NCBI GenBank assembly: GCA_044221725.1
Contig: JBGAON010000002.1
Span: 416,001-480,000 of the forward strand
Length of the DNA stretch: 64,000 bases
Source: Elusimicrobiota bacterium
GTDB lineage: Bacteria; Elusimicrobiota; Elusimicrobia; F11
Direction of reading: 5' to 3'
Part shown: positions 28,192-38,448 of the stretch, in pieces
Numbering within the stretch: position 1 is the first letter of the stretch
Layout: each line of letters opens with the position of its first letter
Program-made: the position numbers and the translations under genes
The notes under the pieces: generated by a model
What the model was told of the DNA's origin: nothing
Database searches by the model: none
What the model saw: the letters and a program-made list of their open reading frames with translations, nothing else

Positions 28192-30452
28192 ATTTTCTTC
28201 CGAAAAAATTTCATCAACCATCCTTTAAATCCACCCGGGTGCAGCGTGCAAAATACGGTGGGCTCTGTGCCGGTGACAAAGATTTCTTCTTTCTGATTGG
28301 GACAGCCGCTGCGTGCCAAAAGCCCGGACGCCGGATCAATCTTTACTGTTGTGACGCCGGCCGGTTTTTCAAAATCGGCCGGTACGCGGTCGCCGTAATA
28401 ATTCTTCATGAACGATACCCATACGGGCAACGCATTTTTTGTACCGGACAAATGCGCAGCGCGAGCTTCATCGTCACCGACCCAAACGCCAGCAAGAAGG
28501 TCCGCTGTGTAACCAATAAACCACGCGTCGCGACCCGCGTTTGTTGTTCCGGTTTTGCCCGCGCTTGTACCGCTCCAGCCCAGCTCTTTCGCGGTTTTCG
28601 CGGTTCCGTCGGTGACGGTTGTTTGCAACAGCGACGTCACGAGGTAGGAGAGGGCTGGTTCCAATACTTGCTGCCGTTCGCTTGTGTTTCTTTCCAGCAC
28701 ATTGTTTTCATAGTCAGCGACCGCGGTCACGAGATAAGGATTCACGTGGAATCCGCCGTTGGCAAACGCCGCGTACGCCGACGTCAGTTCAAATGGAGTT
28801 ACTTCGGACGCGCCCAGCGCAAGTGCGAGACTGTTTTCGAGAGGAGACTCAATGCCAACGCGTGTTGCAAATTTGACGACGTTGTGCGTGCCGAGCTTTT
28901 GAGCGAGGTCCAGCGATGCGCCGTTCATCGAATGGGCCAACGCATCCCGCAAAGTCACGGCTCCTCGGTAAACGCCGTCAAAATTCCGAGGGGCCCAAAC
29001 TTTTTTTCCTGTGCGATAAGCGCGCGGTTGATCTTGCAGAAGTGACGCTGGAGTGAAACCGTTTTCGAGAGCCGCCCCGTAAAGAAAAGGTTTAAACGCA
29101 CTGCCCGGTTGGCGGCGAGCTTGCGTGGCGCGATTAAACTGACTTTCTTTAAAATTTTTTCCACCGACCAACGCGGCAACCGCACCCGTGCGCGGATCGA
29201 GCACGACGACGGCCGCTTGATTCTTTTGCGTTTTGACGGCGGTCTGGGCCAGGCGCTGCGCGCGCGGATCCAGGGTCGAATAAATCTTTAGCCCATAGCG
29301 AAACAACACATCCTCACTAAAGTGAGGCACAAGTTGACGGATGACTTCGGCCACGAAGTAATCGTTGTTGTTCGCGGTTTCCGGCCCGGGCGTTGTTTTT
29401 CGATTTCGAACGATAACCGGCAATGAGCTGGCTTTTACGTATTCGGGCTCGGTGAGAAAGGTTTCATCCATCATGACGCGCAACACGGTGTCGCGGCGTT
29501 CGCGCGCCGCGCGAATATTTTGAAACGGGTTGTAGCGGTAGGGCGACCGGATAATTCCAGCCAGGAGAGCCGATTCGGACACGTCCAGGTTTTTGAGTGG
29601 TTTGCCAAAATAATAATCGGCGGCCGCTTTTACGCCGGCGATGCTCACGGCGCCATCCTGCCCCATATAAATCTGATTGAGGTACAGAGTGAGAATTCGT
29701 TCTTTCGAAAATCGGAAGTTTAGGTACACGGCAAAAGCGGCTTCCATAAGTTTTCTTTGCAACGTGCGTTCTTGGGTGAGGAAAAAATTCTTTGCCAGCT
29801 GCTGCGTGATCGTGCTTCCGCCTTGCAAATTCTTTCGGTGGCGCAGGTTGTACCACGCGGCACGCAAAATGGCGCGGAAGTCGAGCCCGTTGTGCTTATA
29901 GAAACGCCGGTCTTCGACCGCCACGACGGCATCCAAAAGCGATTGGGGAAAATCGGTCCACGCGGCCGGTTCGCGACGCACTTTTTGCGGACCGGAGAGT
30001 TCCGCGACGACCTCCGGTTCGAGTGACACCTGGTCCAACACGTTCCCGTTTCCATCGGTCAGCGTCCAGTGGTTGTCGGATTCTCGGGTGAGTGAAATGA
30101 CGATGGGTGTTTGCACGAGCGACGGTGTTTGGAAGCCGCGCAACGCGATTTTGATCGAAGAGGAATTCACGTCAAACGAACCCAGAGCGAGCGGCGTGGC
30201 GTTCGTCGCCCGATAATCGAGTTCTTTCAAACGCTCCAACAGCTCCGAGGTTGACACGCTGTCGTGGTTGCGAATCGTCCAGGCCGATGAATAAATTTTC
30301 GTTGGGAAACGATCGCCCAGTCCGCCCGGAACCAATTTCGCGAGCCGGTATTCGGAATACAATACGACACTCACCATGCCAGTGGTGGCAAGCATTAACA
30401 GAACGAGAGCGCCAATAACAAACTTGTTTCGGAAAACTTTTTTTCGGAACAA
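28188..30452 (-). CDS. mrcB: class A penicillin-binding protein (PBP1B-like, with UB2H-like region)
   Basis: N-terminal TM; GT51 motifs [33 protein letters not shown]; transpeptidase motifs GSAFKP, SMN, KTG. Confidence 0.9.
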   Translation of the reverse strand: MFRKKVFRNKFVIGALVLLMLATTGMVSVVLYSEYRLAKLVPGGLGDRFPTKIYSSAWTIRNHDSVSTSELLERLKELDYRATNATPLALGSFDVNSSSIKIALRGFQTPSLVQTPIVISLTRESDNHWTLTDGNGNVLDQVSLEPEVVAELSGPQKVRREPAAWTDFPQSLLDAVVAVEDRRFYKHNGLDFRAILRAAWYNLRHRKNLQGGSTITQQLAKNFFLTQERTLQRKLMEAAFAVYLNFRFSKERILTLYLNQIYMGQDGAVSIAGVKAAADYYFGKPLKNLDVSESALLAGIIRSPYRYNPFQNIRAARERRDTVLRVMMDETFLTEPEYVKASSLPVIVRNRKTTPGPETANNNDYFVAEVIRQLVPHFSEDVLFRYGLKIYSTLDPRAQRLAQTAVKTQKNQAAVVVLDPRTGAVAALVGGKNFKESQFNRATQARRQPGSAFKPFLYGAALENGFTPASLLQDQPRAYRTGKKVWAPRNFDGVYRGAVTLRDALAHSMNGASLDLAQKLGTHNVVKFATRVGIESPLENSLALALGASEVTPFELTSAYAAFANGGFHVNPYLVTAVADYENNVLERNTSERQQVLEPALSYLVTSLLQTTVTDGTAKTAKELGWSGTSAGKTGTTNAGRDAWFIGYTADLLAGVWVGDDEARAAHLSGTKNALPVWVSFMKNYYGDRVPADFEKPAGVTTVKIDPASGLLARSGCPNQKEEIFVTGTEPTVFCTLHPGGFKGWLMKFFRKKI

Positions 30453-30555
30453 AACCTAAATTCCTCTGGAAAATTCAATCATTTTCCACCACCTTTGTTA
30501 TGCAATTTCAAAATGCTAAGAACCATTACCTTGTGAGGATCGGAGCCCGATAGCA

Positions 30556-30954
30556 ATGAGACGCAGTTTTATTACGCATCCGCGTTACCAAATTGGTTTT
30601 GTGTTGGCGTTTGTGCGCGGTGTGTTGGTCGCCATGGCAATTCCAGGATTCATGCTTTTCTTTACGCTTTATCTCCTCGCACAGGATCCATCGCTAACCT
30701 TTTATCAAAAGGCCATTTTACTCGAGGGTAGCAATCGCATGGTGATGATTTTTTTCAAGTGTGCGACTGTGACGGCCGGCGTTTTTGCATTGATCGCTGC
30801 CTATCTGTCCTACAAGTACGCGGGACCGATTCGACGGATCGAAGACTGGCTCGTGCAATATGTTACGCACGCATTTGCGCATCCGTTAACGCTGCGACCG
30901 CGGGATGAGTTGTCGACGGTAGCGAAGTTGTTAAACCGAATTCTAGAGAGATAG
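30556..30954 (+). CDS. small 2-TM protein with C-terminal HAMP-like segment
   Basis: RRSFI..PRYQ..F N-terminus, 2 TM segments, S.KYAGPIRRIE...L.LRPRDEL..VA..LN; SD GGAG. Confidence 0.65.
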   Translation: MRRSFITHPRYQIGFVLAFVRGVLVAMAIPGFMLFFTLYLLAQDPSLTFYQKAILLEGSNRMVMIFFKCATVTAGVFALIAAYLSYKYAGPIRRIEDWLVQYVTHAFAHPLTLRPRDELSTVAKLLNRILER

Positions 30955-30958
30955 AATC

Positions 30959-31390
30959 ATGCAATCACGTTTAATTTATCATCCGCTGCTCAAACACCAA
31001 CGAAGCTTCTCAATATTTGTCCTCTATTTCGTCGCGGTAACAGCGACCGTTGGTATTCTCGTGCGTCATTTGTTATCCGCAGTGAATCTGGCCGGGATTA
31101 GCTTGAGTCTTTTCCCGACAGATAATAATCCGGTGCTCGTCATTCTGTTATCGCCTTACTTTCATCTTGCGCTCGCGCTTTTTTCGATTGCCGTTGGCGC
31201 TGGTATAACGTCAACTTATATCGTCGGGCACATCCGCCGAATTGAGGATTGGTTACGCGATTGGGACGCGGGTATGGAAGTAAAACCGTTTAAGCAGCGC
31301 GCTGGCGATGTGGCCTATGAAAATATCATCGTGATGATGAATCAGCTGTACGAGAAGTCCAGAGAAAAGAAACGACGGCCGAAGAAGTAA
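30959..31390 (+). CDS. small 2-TM protein with HAMP-like segment, apparent paralog of the preceding gene
   Basis: Same layout; VGHIRRIEDWL...K.RAGD....I...MN. Confidence 0.6.
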   Translation: MQSRLIYHPLLKHQRSFSIFVLYFVAVTATVGILVRHLLSAVNLAGISLSLFPTDNNPVLVILLSPYFHLALALFSIAVGAGITSTYIVGHIRRIEDWLRDWDAGMEVKPFKQRAGDVAYENIIVMMNQLYEKSREKKRRPKK

Positions 31391-31396
31391 CCTTTC

Positions 31397-32944
31397 TTGA
31401 ATCGACGTCATAGCGCTGTTTCACTATTATCTATCGTTGTCGGTTTGGGATTCCTGGTCGTTTATTTGCTCACCACAAACCAAATTTTCTCGTTTGATGC
31501 GATCACAAATGCGATCGCTTGTGAGACAAACGAGCCCATCCGCTGGTTTCATTCGAATCATCCTCTTTATCCATTCCTAGGTGTTGTGTGGTATCGCGTC
31601 GAGCGGTTCTTCGGTTTTACCGGATACTCCGTTTATTCACTGGCCCGGTTAAACTCGCTTTTAATGGCCAGCGCGCTGGCGCTGTGCGCCTTTTCACTTG
31701 GAAAGAGATTAAAAATGTTTCCGATGGTGGCGGTTTTCCTCGGCACGACATTCGGGGTGTGGAATTACGCTGTTGATGGAAGAGCCATCGGTGCATCGGT
31801 TTTCTTCTCGGCCGTCGTCATTTCGTACCTGTTACGCATCGGCGAACAAGAAGAAATTTCGGCTGCAGAGGCCGCGCTTCTCGGGATATTTTCCAGTGTC
31901 ACTATTCTCGTGCACGGAATGAATGTGTTCCACCTTTTTCCGATTGTCGTTTGGCTGAGAACCGCCAAGAAAAATAAGAAAGCAAGTTTCGTTTATCTGG
32001 CCACGGTGGTTGGTGTTGTTGGTTTTGTTTATACCGCTCTCTATCTCATCGTTGTTCGCCCTGGCACCGGTGGCACACTATTGGATTGGGCGCTTGGGTA
32101 CGCCGGTTACGGCGGAAGTCGCAACGCGCTTAACAGCCAATTTTGGGCCGATAGCGCTCAAACGGTTTTGCGCGGCGCGTGGTTCGGCTGGGTGCATGTC
32201 TTTTTTACGCCTTCCTCGAGCAGGTTTGTCGAGGGAATTTCGATTGCAGGCACACTTTTCATGCTGGTCATGGTCGGCACCGCCTTTTACCGGATTAAAT
32301 TTCTCGAGCGGGAGCAGCGATCGCTCGCGTTGCTGCTCGTTTTTTGGGGGGTGTTGGATGGACTATTTCTATTGTTTTGGAGTCCCGGGCAAGAAGGGTT
32401 TCGCCTGCACGTGTTGGTGCCATGGATCGTGGTTGTTGGATTGTCTCTCAGGTCCCGCCTCGTCAATTGGATGTTCGCTGGATTGTCCGTGCTCTTTTTC
32501 TATGTGAATTTCACGTTCGGAATTTTCCCGGCGGCATTTATTCAGAACAACGTTGGATATCAAAGCCTGCGCACCATCCGCGATCGCATTCACCGCGGCG
32601 ACGTTGTGCTCACGGGGGAATCCGGCGTGATTCCAGGAATCGAAGTTATGTTGCCGTATTTCTTTCCCGATTTGGCCGGCGGTACAATCGATGGAAGATT
32701 AATGGCGTTCCGCGAGAGGGATCTCGGTCCGCTTCTTTCTCATTTGGAACAAAAATCAAGAGCCGGATTTCGCATATATTTTACCGACGACATTATGAGT
32801 CCCAACACGCAGAGACGTATCGAACAACACCGCGGGCTTCGGACAGGCGAAGTCCAGAATTTTGTCAGACATTTTCGCGTGGCGGACGGTTTTGATTTGC
32901 CGAGCGGAGCGCGGGTGCTACGAATGGAAGTGCTGGCGGGCTAA
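31397..32944 (+). CDS. polytopic membrane protein, GT-C-like
   Basis: First loop FSFDA...HSNHPLY, LARLNS, about 12 TM segments and a soluble C-terminal domain; TTG start. Confidence 0.55.
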   Translation: MNRRHSAVSLLSIVVGLGFLVVYLLTTNQIFSFDAITNAIACETNEPIRWFHSNHPLYPFLGVVWYRVERFFGFTGYSVYSLARLNSLLMASALALCAFSLGKRLKMFPMVAVFLGTTFGVWNYAVDGRAIGASVFFSAVVISYLLRIGEQEEISAAEAALLGIFSSVTILVHGMNVFHLFPIVVWLRTAKKNKKASFVYLATVVGVVGFVYTALYLIVVRPGTGGTLLDWALGYAGYGGSRNALNSQFWADSAQTVLRGAWFGWVHVFFTPSSSRFVEGISIAGTLFMLVMVGTAFYRIKFLEREQRSLALLLVFWGVLDGLFLLFWSPGQEGFRLHVLVPWIVVVGLSLRSRLVNWMFAGLSVLFFYVNFTFGIFPAAFIQNNVGYQSLRTIRDRIHRGDVVLTGESGVIPGIEVMLPYFFPDLAGGTIDGRLMAFRERDLGPLLSHLEQKSRAGFRIYFTDDIMSPNTQRRIEQHRGLRTGEVQNFVRHFRVADGFDLPSGARVLRMEVLAG

Positions 32945-34033
32945 CTATTTAACGGGCTCGAGTCCCGGATTTCCCGGAGAACCTTGCATCTTGAGGCGCA
33001 AATCGTTTGGATTCGACGCGTAGTTGAGCGCATCCTGCGGCGAGATGAGTCCTTCCTCGAACATCCGAAGCAAGTCCTGATCAAACAAATGCATGCCGTA
33101 GGCGCCGCTCTTCTCGATCAAGAATTTCACTTCGTTCGCACTGCTCGCGAGCAACAGCTTTTTCATTTGTGAACTTCCCAGCATAATCTCCGTGGCGGGG
33201 AAAACTGTACGCCCGTTTTTTTCCGGAACCAACCGTTGACTGAGAATGGCCGTGAGCACATTCGTTAGTTGCAATCGAACGTACGGTTGTTCCTGAAAAT
33301 CAAACGTGTTCACGATCCGATCGACCGCGTCGAGCGTATCGCTGCTGTGAACGGTTCCAATGACCAAATGTCCCGACCCAGCTCCTTCGATTGCGGCACG
33401 AAATGTTTCCGAGGAAATCATTTCTCCGATCACAATAACGTCGGGATCCTGACGAAGAATATGCGCCAATCCATCTCGGAAATTCTCCACATCCTTGCCG
33501 ACTTCGCGCTGGGATATGGAGCTTTTCTTGCGGGTGTGCACAAATTCCAACGGGTCCTCGAGAGTGATGATGTTGTACGAGAAGTTTTCGTTCATGTAGT
33601 TGAGAATCGCGTTTAGCGTCGTGGTTTTGCCCGCCCCGGTCACACCCGAAATCAAAAACAGTCCGCGCCGCGACCGGCAGAGCTTTTCCAGCGTGTCCTT
33701 CGGCAGCCCGAGCTCCTGAAAGCTTTTTGATTCCGTGGGAATGATTCGAATGGCGAGCGCCGTTGTGCCACGTTGCCGATACAGATTTATGCGCAAGCGG
33801 CCGACCCCTTCCATTGGAATTGAGAAATCGAGCCCCGAATTCTTTTGAAATTGGTTTTTCTGCGCTTCGGTCATCAACGGATTGATGATCCCTTCTATAT
33901 CTTCGGGTTTTAATGGAGTGGTTCCAACCGGAATCAACTGGCCAAGCATGCGAACAAGCGGCGGTTCGTTCGCTTTGAGGTGGAGGTCCGACACACCCGG
34001 TTTAACAACTTTGTCCAAGAGAGCTTTCAGCAC
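32945..34033 (-). CDS. PilT/PilU family type IV pilus ATPase
   Basis: SDLHLK...PP..R, RIN.Y.QRG, Walker A GVTGAGKTTT, Asp box TLEDPLE, ISQREVG.D, LRQDPDVIVIGEM, His box GHLVIGTVH. Confidence 0.92.
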   Translation of the reverse strand: MLKALLDKVVKPGVSDLHLKANEPPLVRMLGQLIPVGTTPLKPEDIEGIINPLMTEAQKNQFQKNSGLDFSIPMEGVGRLRINLYRQRGTTALAIRIIPTESKSFQELGLPKDTLEKLCRSRRGLFLISGVTGAGKTTTLNAILNYMNENFSYNIITLEDPLEFVHTRKKSSISQREVGKDVENFRDGLAHILRQDPDVIVIGEMISSETFRAAIEGAGSGHLVIGTVHSSDTLDAVDRIVNTFDFQEQPYVRLQLTNVLTAILSQRLVPEKNGRTVFPATEIMLGSSQMKKLLLASSANEVKFLIEKSGAYGMHLFDQDLLRMFEEGLISPQDALNYASNPNDLRLKMQGSPGNPGLEPVK

Positions 34034-34100
34034 CTTCCATGGATAACGGGTTTTCGTCGATTTTTCAACGGATTTCCGCGTTTCAGGACGTTAAAGAATC

Positions 34101-34129
34101 TTGCGCTCAGCCAGACATTTTCCTACTTT
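34101..34129 (+). promoter_or_regulatory. putative sigma70 promoter directly upstream of the trmH-like ATG (leaderless)
   Basis: TTGCGC-N17-TACTTT, with the ATG 7 nt downstream. Confidence 0.55.
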
Positions 34130-34136
34130 GAATTCA

Positions 34137-34928
34137 ATGGCCGCGATAGAGAGACGTTCGGATCCCACGGTTTTAAGCATTCGCAAAATTCGCGATGGAA
34201 AAGACCGGTCTCAGGTTTTTTGCGAGGGATTCACGATTGTCGAGGAACTGTTTCACTCCGATTGGACGCCGACCGGCGTCTGTTGCACGAAAGACCACCT
34301 CGCCGAAGCGAAGCAAATCGTCTCTCGGTCCCGGTACTCTGCTGTTCCAATTCGTGTGCTGAGCCAAAATGTAATGGATTTCTGTTCGGATTTGAGCACG
34401 GCGCCCGGAATTTTGGCAACGGCAAAACCGACCACCGCATCCTCCACCCAAAAAACAAAAGCGGGATCAGCACTCGTGCTGGTTATTCACGGCGTTCAAC
34501 TTCCTCAAAATGTGGGATCGTTGGTGCGGACGGCCGAGGGCGCGGGCGTCAGCGAAATTTTCGTGACGTCCACCACGGCGGACCCGTTCGGCCCCAAAGC
34601 GATCCGCGGATCGGCCGGCAGCATTTTTCGGATGCCTGTCTCGAAATTCGACTCGCTTAAAGCGGCGGTGGAAATTCTCCGGAAACAAAACATTTCATCG
34701 TATGCGGCCACGGCCAATGGGGCGCTCGCTTACGACGAAGTTAATTGGAAAAATGATTCGGCGCTGATTATGGGATCCGAAGGGGCCGGATTTGCGAAGC
34801 AAGAACTCGACGCCTGCGACGAAACAATTCGGATTCCGATGAGCGGGAAAGTGGAGTCTTTGAACGTGTCGAACGCGGCCGCGGTTTGCCTTTTTGAAGC
34901 GGCGCGCCAGAGGAATCATGGATCTTAA
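34137..34928 (+). CDS. TrmH/SpoU family RNA 2'-O-methyltransferase
   Basis: VQ.PQNVGSLVRTAEGAG, R.SAGS.F, MGSEG.G, IPMSG.VESLNVS.AAAV.LFE. Confidence 0.93.
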   Translation: MAAIERRSDPTVLSIRKIRDGKDRSQVFCEGFTIVEELFHSDWTPTGVCCTKDHLAEAKQIVSRSRYSAVPIRVLSQNVMDFCSDLSTAPGILATAKPTTASSTQKTKAGSALVLVIHGVQLPQNVGSLVRTAEGAGVSEIFVTSTTADPFGPKAIRGSAGSIFRMPVSKFDSLKAAVEILRKQNISSYAATANGALAYDEVNWKNDSALIMGSEGAGFAKQELDACDETIRIPMSGKVESLNVSNAAAVCLFEAARQRNHGS

Positions 34929-35652
34929 AAATAGAGTCGTGTGGATTGTCGGTGGCGCCCGGATTGGATCTATCGTTGCGGAGGAGCTGGCGAAGCGAGG
35001 GGCTCACATTGCGCTCTCGTATCGATCGTCGCGGGATGCCGCGCAGCAAACAGCGAAGCGCGTTCAACAATTCGGAGTTCGTTCGGGTATTTTTAAGGGC
35101 GATGTCACGAAAAGCGGTGACGTGAAAAAAATAATCGGTCAGATTGCAAAAACGTTTGGAAAGCTTAACGTGCTTGTGAACATGGCGTCAATCTACGAAA
35201 AGACGCCGCTAGCAAAACTAACGGAAGCCGATTGGGAGAAGAGCATCGCCGCAAATCTCAAATCCGCTTTTCTTACCGTTCTTCATGGCCAGGCCTTGCT
35301 GGAAAAATCCGAAGGTCGCGTTGTCAACTTTTCTGATTGGGTTGCCGGCAGCGGTCGACCGCGCTACACGGATTTCTTGCCCTACTTCACTGCGAAGTCG
35401 GGTGTGATCGGGCTCACACAAGCGCAGGCGCTCGAGCTGGCGCCAAAGATTTTGGTGAACGCAATCGCGCCCGGTCCGATTCTTCCACCAAAAGGGATAA
35501 AGAATGAGGAAGTCGACGATGTGGCGAGCGTCACGCCGCTCAAAAAATGGGGAGGACCAATGGAGATTGCGAAAGCCGTCATCTTTCTTTGCGAAACCGA
35601 TTTCGTCACGGGCGAATGTTTGCGCGTGGACGGCGGTCGGCATCTCTACTAG
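34918..35652 (+). CDS. short-chain dehydrogenase/reductase, pteridine reductase-like
   Basis: GGARIG, IALSYRSS, LVNMAS, catalytic YFTAK, ELAP.I.VNAIAPGPIL, FVTG..L.VDGG. Confidence 0.88.
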   Translation: MDLKNRVVWIVGGARIGSIVAEELAKRGAHIALSYRSSRDAAQQTAKRVQQFGVRSGIFKGDVTKSGDVKKIIGQIAKTFGKLNVLVNMASIYEKTPLAKLTEADWEKSIAANLKSAFLTVLHGQALLEKSEGRVVNFSDWVAGSGRPRYTDFLPYFTAKSGVIGLTQAQALELAPKILVNAIAPGPILPPKGIKNEEVDDVASVTPLKKWGGPMEIAKAVIFLCETDFVTGECLRVDGGRHLY

Positions 35653-35661
35653 AATCCGAAC

Positions 35662-36000
35662 ATGACGAGACCTGAAAAAAGAAAACAACAGCGGCTGGGT
35701 GCCAATCTTTTCGCCGAACTACTGGACGTCGCATCCGGCCAAGCTCGGGGTCGAGCGGTCGTGGTCGACGTCAGCCTCGGTGGCGTTGCGCTCGAATCGG
35801 AATCCGAATTTTCGCCTGGCGATCTTGTCGAATGCATGATTGAAGTGCCGCTGGTATTCCAAGCGAAAGTGGTGCGTTTCGAAATGAAAGGACAAATTCG
35901 GCGTTACGGTTTGAAATTTGTTAGCCAAAGCATTTTCGATAAATTGTTACTTAAGAAGGTATTAAAGGGCCCTCGTCGGACGCGCAAAGTCTCGCTATGA
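35662..36000 (+). CDS. stand-alone PilZ domain protein
   Basis: RxxxR (KRKQQR) and DxSxxG (DVSLGG) c-di-GMP-binding motifs; AKVVR...YGLKF. Confidence 0.85.
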   Translation: MTRPEKRKQQRLGANLFAELLDVASGQARGRAVVVDVSLGGVALESESEFSPGDLVECMIEVPLVFQAKVVRFEMKGQIRRYGLKFVSQSIFDKLLLKKVLKGPRRTRKVSL

Positions 36001-36488
36001 AGCGTTTCCGATTTGTCATTTTTTCGGTGATCACACTCGGTTTCTTGCCTCTGAACGCGACCTACAAAATGGGATCCAGTGATCCGGTAAGAGTTCACAA
36101 AAAGAGCAGCGCCTCCAAAATGGACAGTTCCGATTTCTCGTCCACGCACAAAACGGACCCCGAAAAAGATGCGCTGAAGAATATTTCGGAAAAATTTGGA
36201 ATTTCCGTCGACCGGTTGCATTATTATCGTCAGCTGCACTACGGATACGAAGAACTTGTTCCGGCGCTCGTGATTGCCCGTGACGCGCAGGTGGAAGAGG
36301 GCCGCGTGCTGAAAATGAAAACGGATGGAATGCCGTGGAAAGGAATCGTGGATTATTTTTCGCTAAATTTTGAAAATTTCAATAAAGAGACAAACGACGT
36401 GCTGAGTCCACTCCGAAAAACGCTTTCAAAAACGGCGTTAACCGAAACACCGAAAAATCGTGAGGGCTCGAAGAAACATGCAGAATAA
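35997..36488 (+). CDS. hypothetical exported protein
   Basis: ATGA overlap with the PilZ gene, signal peptide, helical domain; no family recognised. Confidence 0.6.
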   Translation: MKRFRFVIFSVITLGFLPLNATYKMGSSDPVRVHKKSSASKMDSSDFSSTHKTDPEKDALKNISEKFGISVDRLHYYRQLHYGYEELVPALVIARDAQVEEGRVLKMKTDGMPWKGIVDYFSLNFENFNKETNDVLSPLRKTLSKTALTETPKNREGSKKHAE

Positions 36489-37368
36489 ACCCGCCATTGG
36501 CGTGATCGGCCTGGGTATTATGGGAATGGCCATCGCGAAAAACGCGAAAAAAGCGGGCTTCGATGTCGGTGTCACCAACCGTTCGACCGATAAGAGAACG
36601 GTCGCCGAGAAAGAAAATTTTCGTGTGTTTGGCTCGCCAAAAGAGGTGACTCAACACGCGGACATCGTTATCACGATGGTTACCGATCCCGCCGCCGTGC
36701 GCGCGGTGTTGTCTGGTGATAACGGCGTTTTCAGCGCCACGAATTTGAAAGGAAAAGTTTTGATTCAAATGAGTACGATCGACGAGGCATCCACCGTTGA
36801 GTTTGCGAACGCGGCGTCTGAGAGGGGAATGGAATTTCTCGACTGTCCGGTTGCGGGGAGCAAGAAGCAAGTCGAAGAAGCGCAGTTAATTTTGCTCGCG
36901 GGCGGAGACTCGTCTCTTCTCGACCGGTGCAGTGAGCTCTTCAACGCTATTGGAAAAGCGGTTGTTCACGCCGGCGGCGTTGGCAAAGGCTCGGCGTTAA
37001 AGTTGTGCATGAATCTCATTGTGGCCCAAATGACAACGGCCCTTTGCGAATCCGTATCGCTAGCCGAAGCGCAAAGCGTAAATCCAGCGAAGATTTTTGA
37101 AGTGTTGTCGCACAGTCCGGCGCTCAATTGCGGGTATTTCAAAATCAAAGAGAAAGCGCTTCTCGAACAGAATTTTTCTCCGGCGTTTTCGTTGAACAAT
37201 ATGTTGAAAGATGTGCGGTTTATGGATGTCGCCGCGAAAACCAAACGGCTGAACATACCGGTGACCCAGGCCGTGAAATATTTAATGGAAGCGGCGGTTG
37301 CCGCGGGGCACGGAGAAGAAGATCTCACAAGCATTTCGTCGGTTTTAAAACCGGCAACAACCAGATAA
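36478..37368 (+). CDS. NAD(P)-dependent beta-hydroxyacid dehydrogenase (3-hydroxyisobutyrate/6PGD family)
   Basis: IGVIGLGIMG, MSTI, FLDCPVAGS, G.G.GSALKL..N, F.PAFSL..MLKD. Confidence 0.9.
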   Translation: MQNKPAIGVIGLGIMGMAIAKNAKKAGFDVGVTNRSTDKRTVAEKENFRVFGSPKEVTQHADIVITMVTDPAAVRAVLSGDNGVFSATNLKGKVLIQMSTIDEASTVEFANAASERGMEFLDCPVAGSKKQVEEAQLILLAGGDSSLLDRCSELFNAIGKAVVHAGGVGKGSALKLCMNLIVAQMTTALCESVSLAEAQSVNPAKIFEVLSHSPALNCGYFKIKEKALLEQNFSPAFSLNNMLKDVRFMDVAAKTKRLNIPVTQAVKYLMEAAVAAGHGEEDLTSISSVLKPATTR

Positions 37369-37404
37369 GGCCCTTGTTACGGGTCTCAATACAGGAGGTT
37401 TTCC

Positions 37405-38022
37405 TTGGATAAAGTAGCTTGGGGTGGCGTCGTTGCGGCCGGGTGGCCCGTGTTGTCCGTCCTTTTTCTTGCCTCAATCGTCACGTTCGCGGTCATTCTC
37501 GAGCGCTGGAAAGTGTTTTCAAAAATAAAAATCGGAGCGGCGCCATTTCTTGATTCGGTTCGAAAATCGACGGACGCCGAGAAAATAATCTCGTGGTGCG
37601 AAAAATCGGATCAGCCACTCGCATTTATCACGAAAGCCATTTACAAAGCACCATCAACGCGTGAAGACAAAGAGCGCTTGATGCAACGAGCGATTCAAAC
37701 GCTCGTTCAGAAATACGAAATGCGCGTTTCCATTCTCGGAACTGTTGCGAGCGTAGCGCCTTTCGTTGGGTTGCTTGGTACCGTTATCGGAATCATTCGT
37801 GCTTTTCACGCGGTCGCATCAACGTCGGCGGGCGGCGCCAGCGCGGTCGCGATCGGAATTTCGGAAGCATTGGTAGGCACGGCGGCGGGGCTTATCGTCG
37901 CGATTCCCGCGCTTCTTGCGTACAACTATTTTGCGAATCAGATTCGCTATCTGACGCAAGAATGGGAGTTGGCCGGCGAAGAAATAATTGATCTTTCTCT
38001 CAAGGGAAATCGGGGCGCTTAA
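37405..38022 (+). CDS. MotA/TolQ/ExbB proton channel protein
   Basis: LGTVASVAPFVGLLGTVIGIIRAF and GISEALV.TAAGL.VAIPA..YN; SD AGGAGG with TTG start. Confidence 0.93.
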   Translation: MDKVAWGGVVAAGWPVLSVLFLASIVTFAVILERWKVFSKIKIGAAPFLDSVRKSTDAEKIISWCEKSDQPLAFITKAIYKAPSTREDKERLMQRAIQTLVQKYEMRVSILGTVASVAPFVGLLGTVIGIIRAFHAVASTSAGGASAVAIGISEALVGTAAGLIVAIPALLAYNYFANQIRYLTQEWELAGEEIIDLSLKGNRGA

Positions 38023-38448
38023 ATGAAAGTCGGTGGCTCGCGCGGCAACGGTCGCTATCACATTCAAGCGGAGATCAACATGATTCCATTGATCGACGTG
38101 GCGCTGGTGCTGCTTATCATCTTCATGGTCATTTCGCCGATTCTCGTGGAATCGCAAATGCGCGTGAACGTGCCGAAAGTGACGAGCACCGCTAGCAAGT
38201 CGGAGGAAACGGCACTCAAAGTTGAGATTGCGGCGAACGGCGGACTCGCGTTCCAAGGGAAAGTCGTCACGCGCGATGCACTGAAGACAGTCATGAGCTT
38301 GCAATTGCCTCCCGGACATAAGGCGTCGTTGCTCATTCAGGCCGATAAAGACGTTCCATTCGACTCGGTCGTATACGTGATGGACATAGCGAAACAGTTG
38401 AAAGTCGAAAAATTGGGCGTGGCGGTCCTTCCTCAAACGATGCAGTGA
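38023..38448 (+). CDS. TolR/ExbD family protein
   Basis: EINMIPLIDVALVLLIIFMV and IQADKDVPFD.VV.VMD. Confidence 0.93.
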   Translation: MKVGGSRGNGRYHIQAEINMIPLIDVALVLLIIFMVISPILVESQMRVNVPKVTSTASKSEETALKVEIAANGGLAFQGKVVTRDALKTVMSLQLPPGHKASLLIQADKDVPFDSVVYVMDIAKQLKVEKLGVAVLPQTMQ

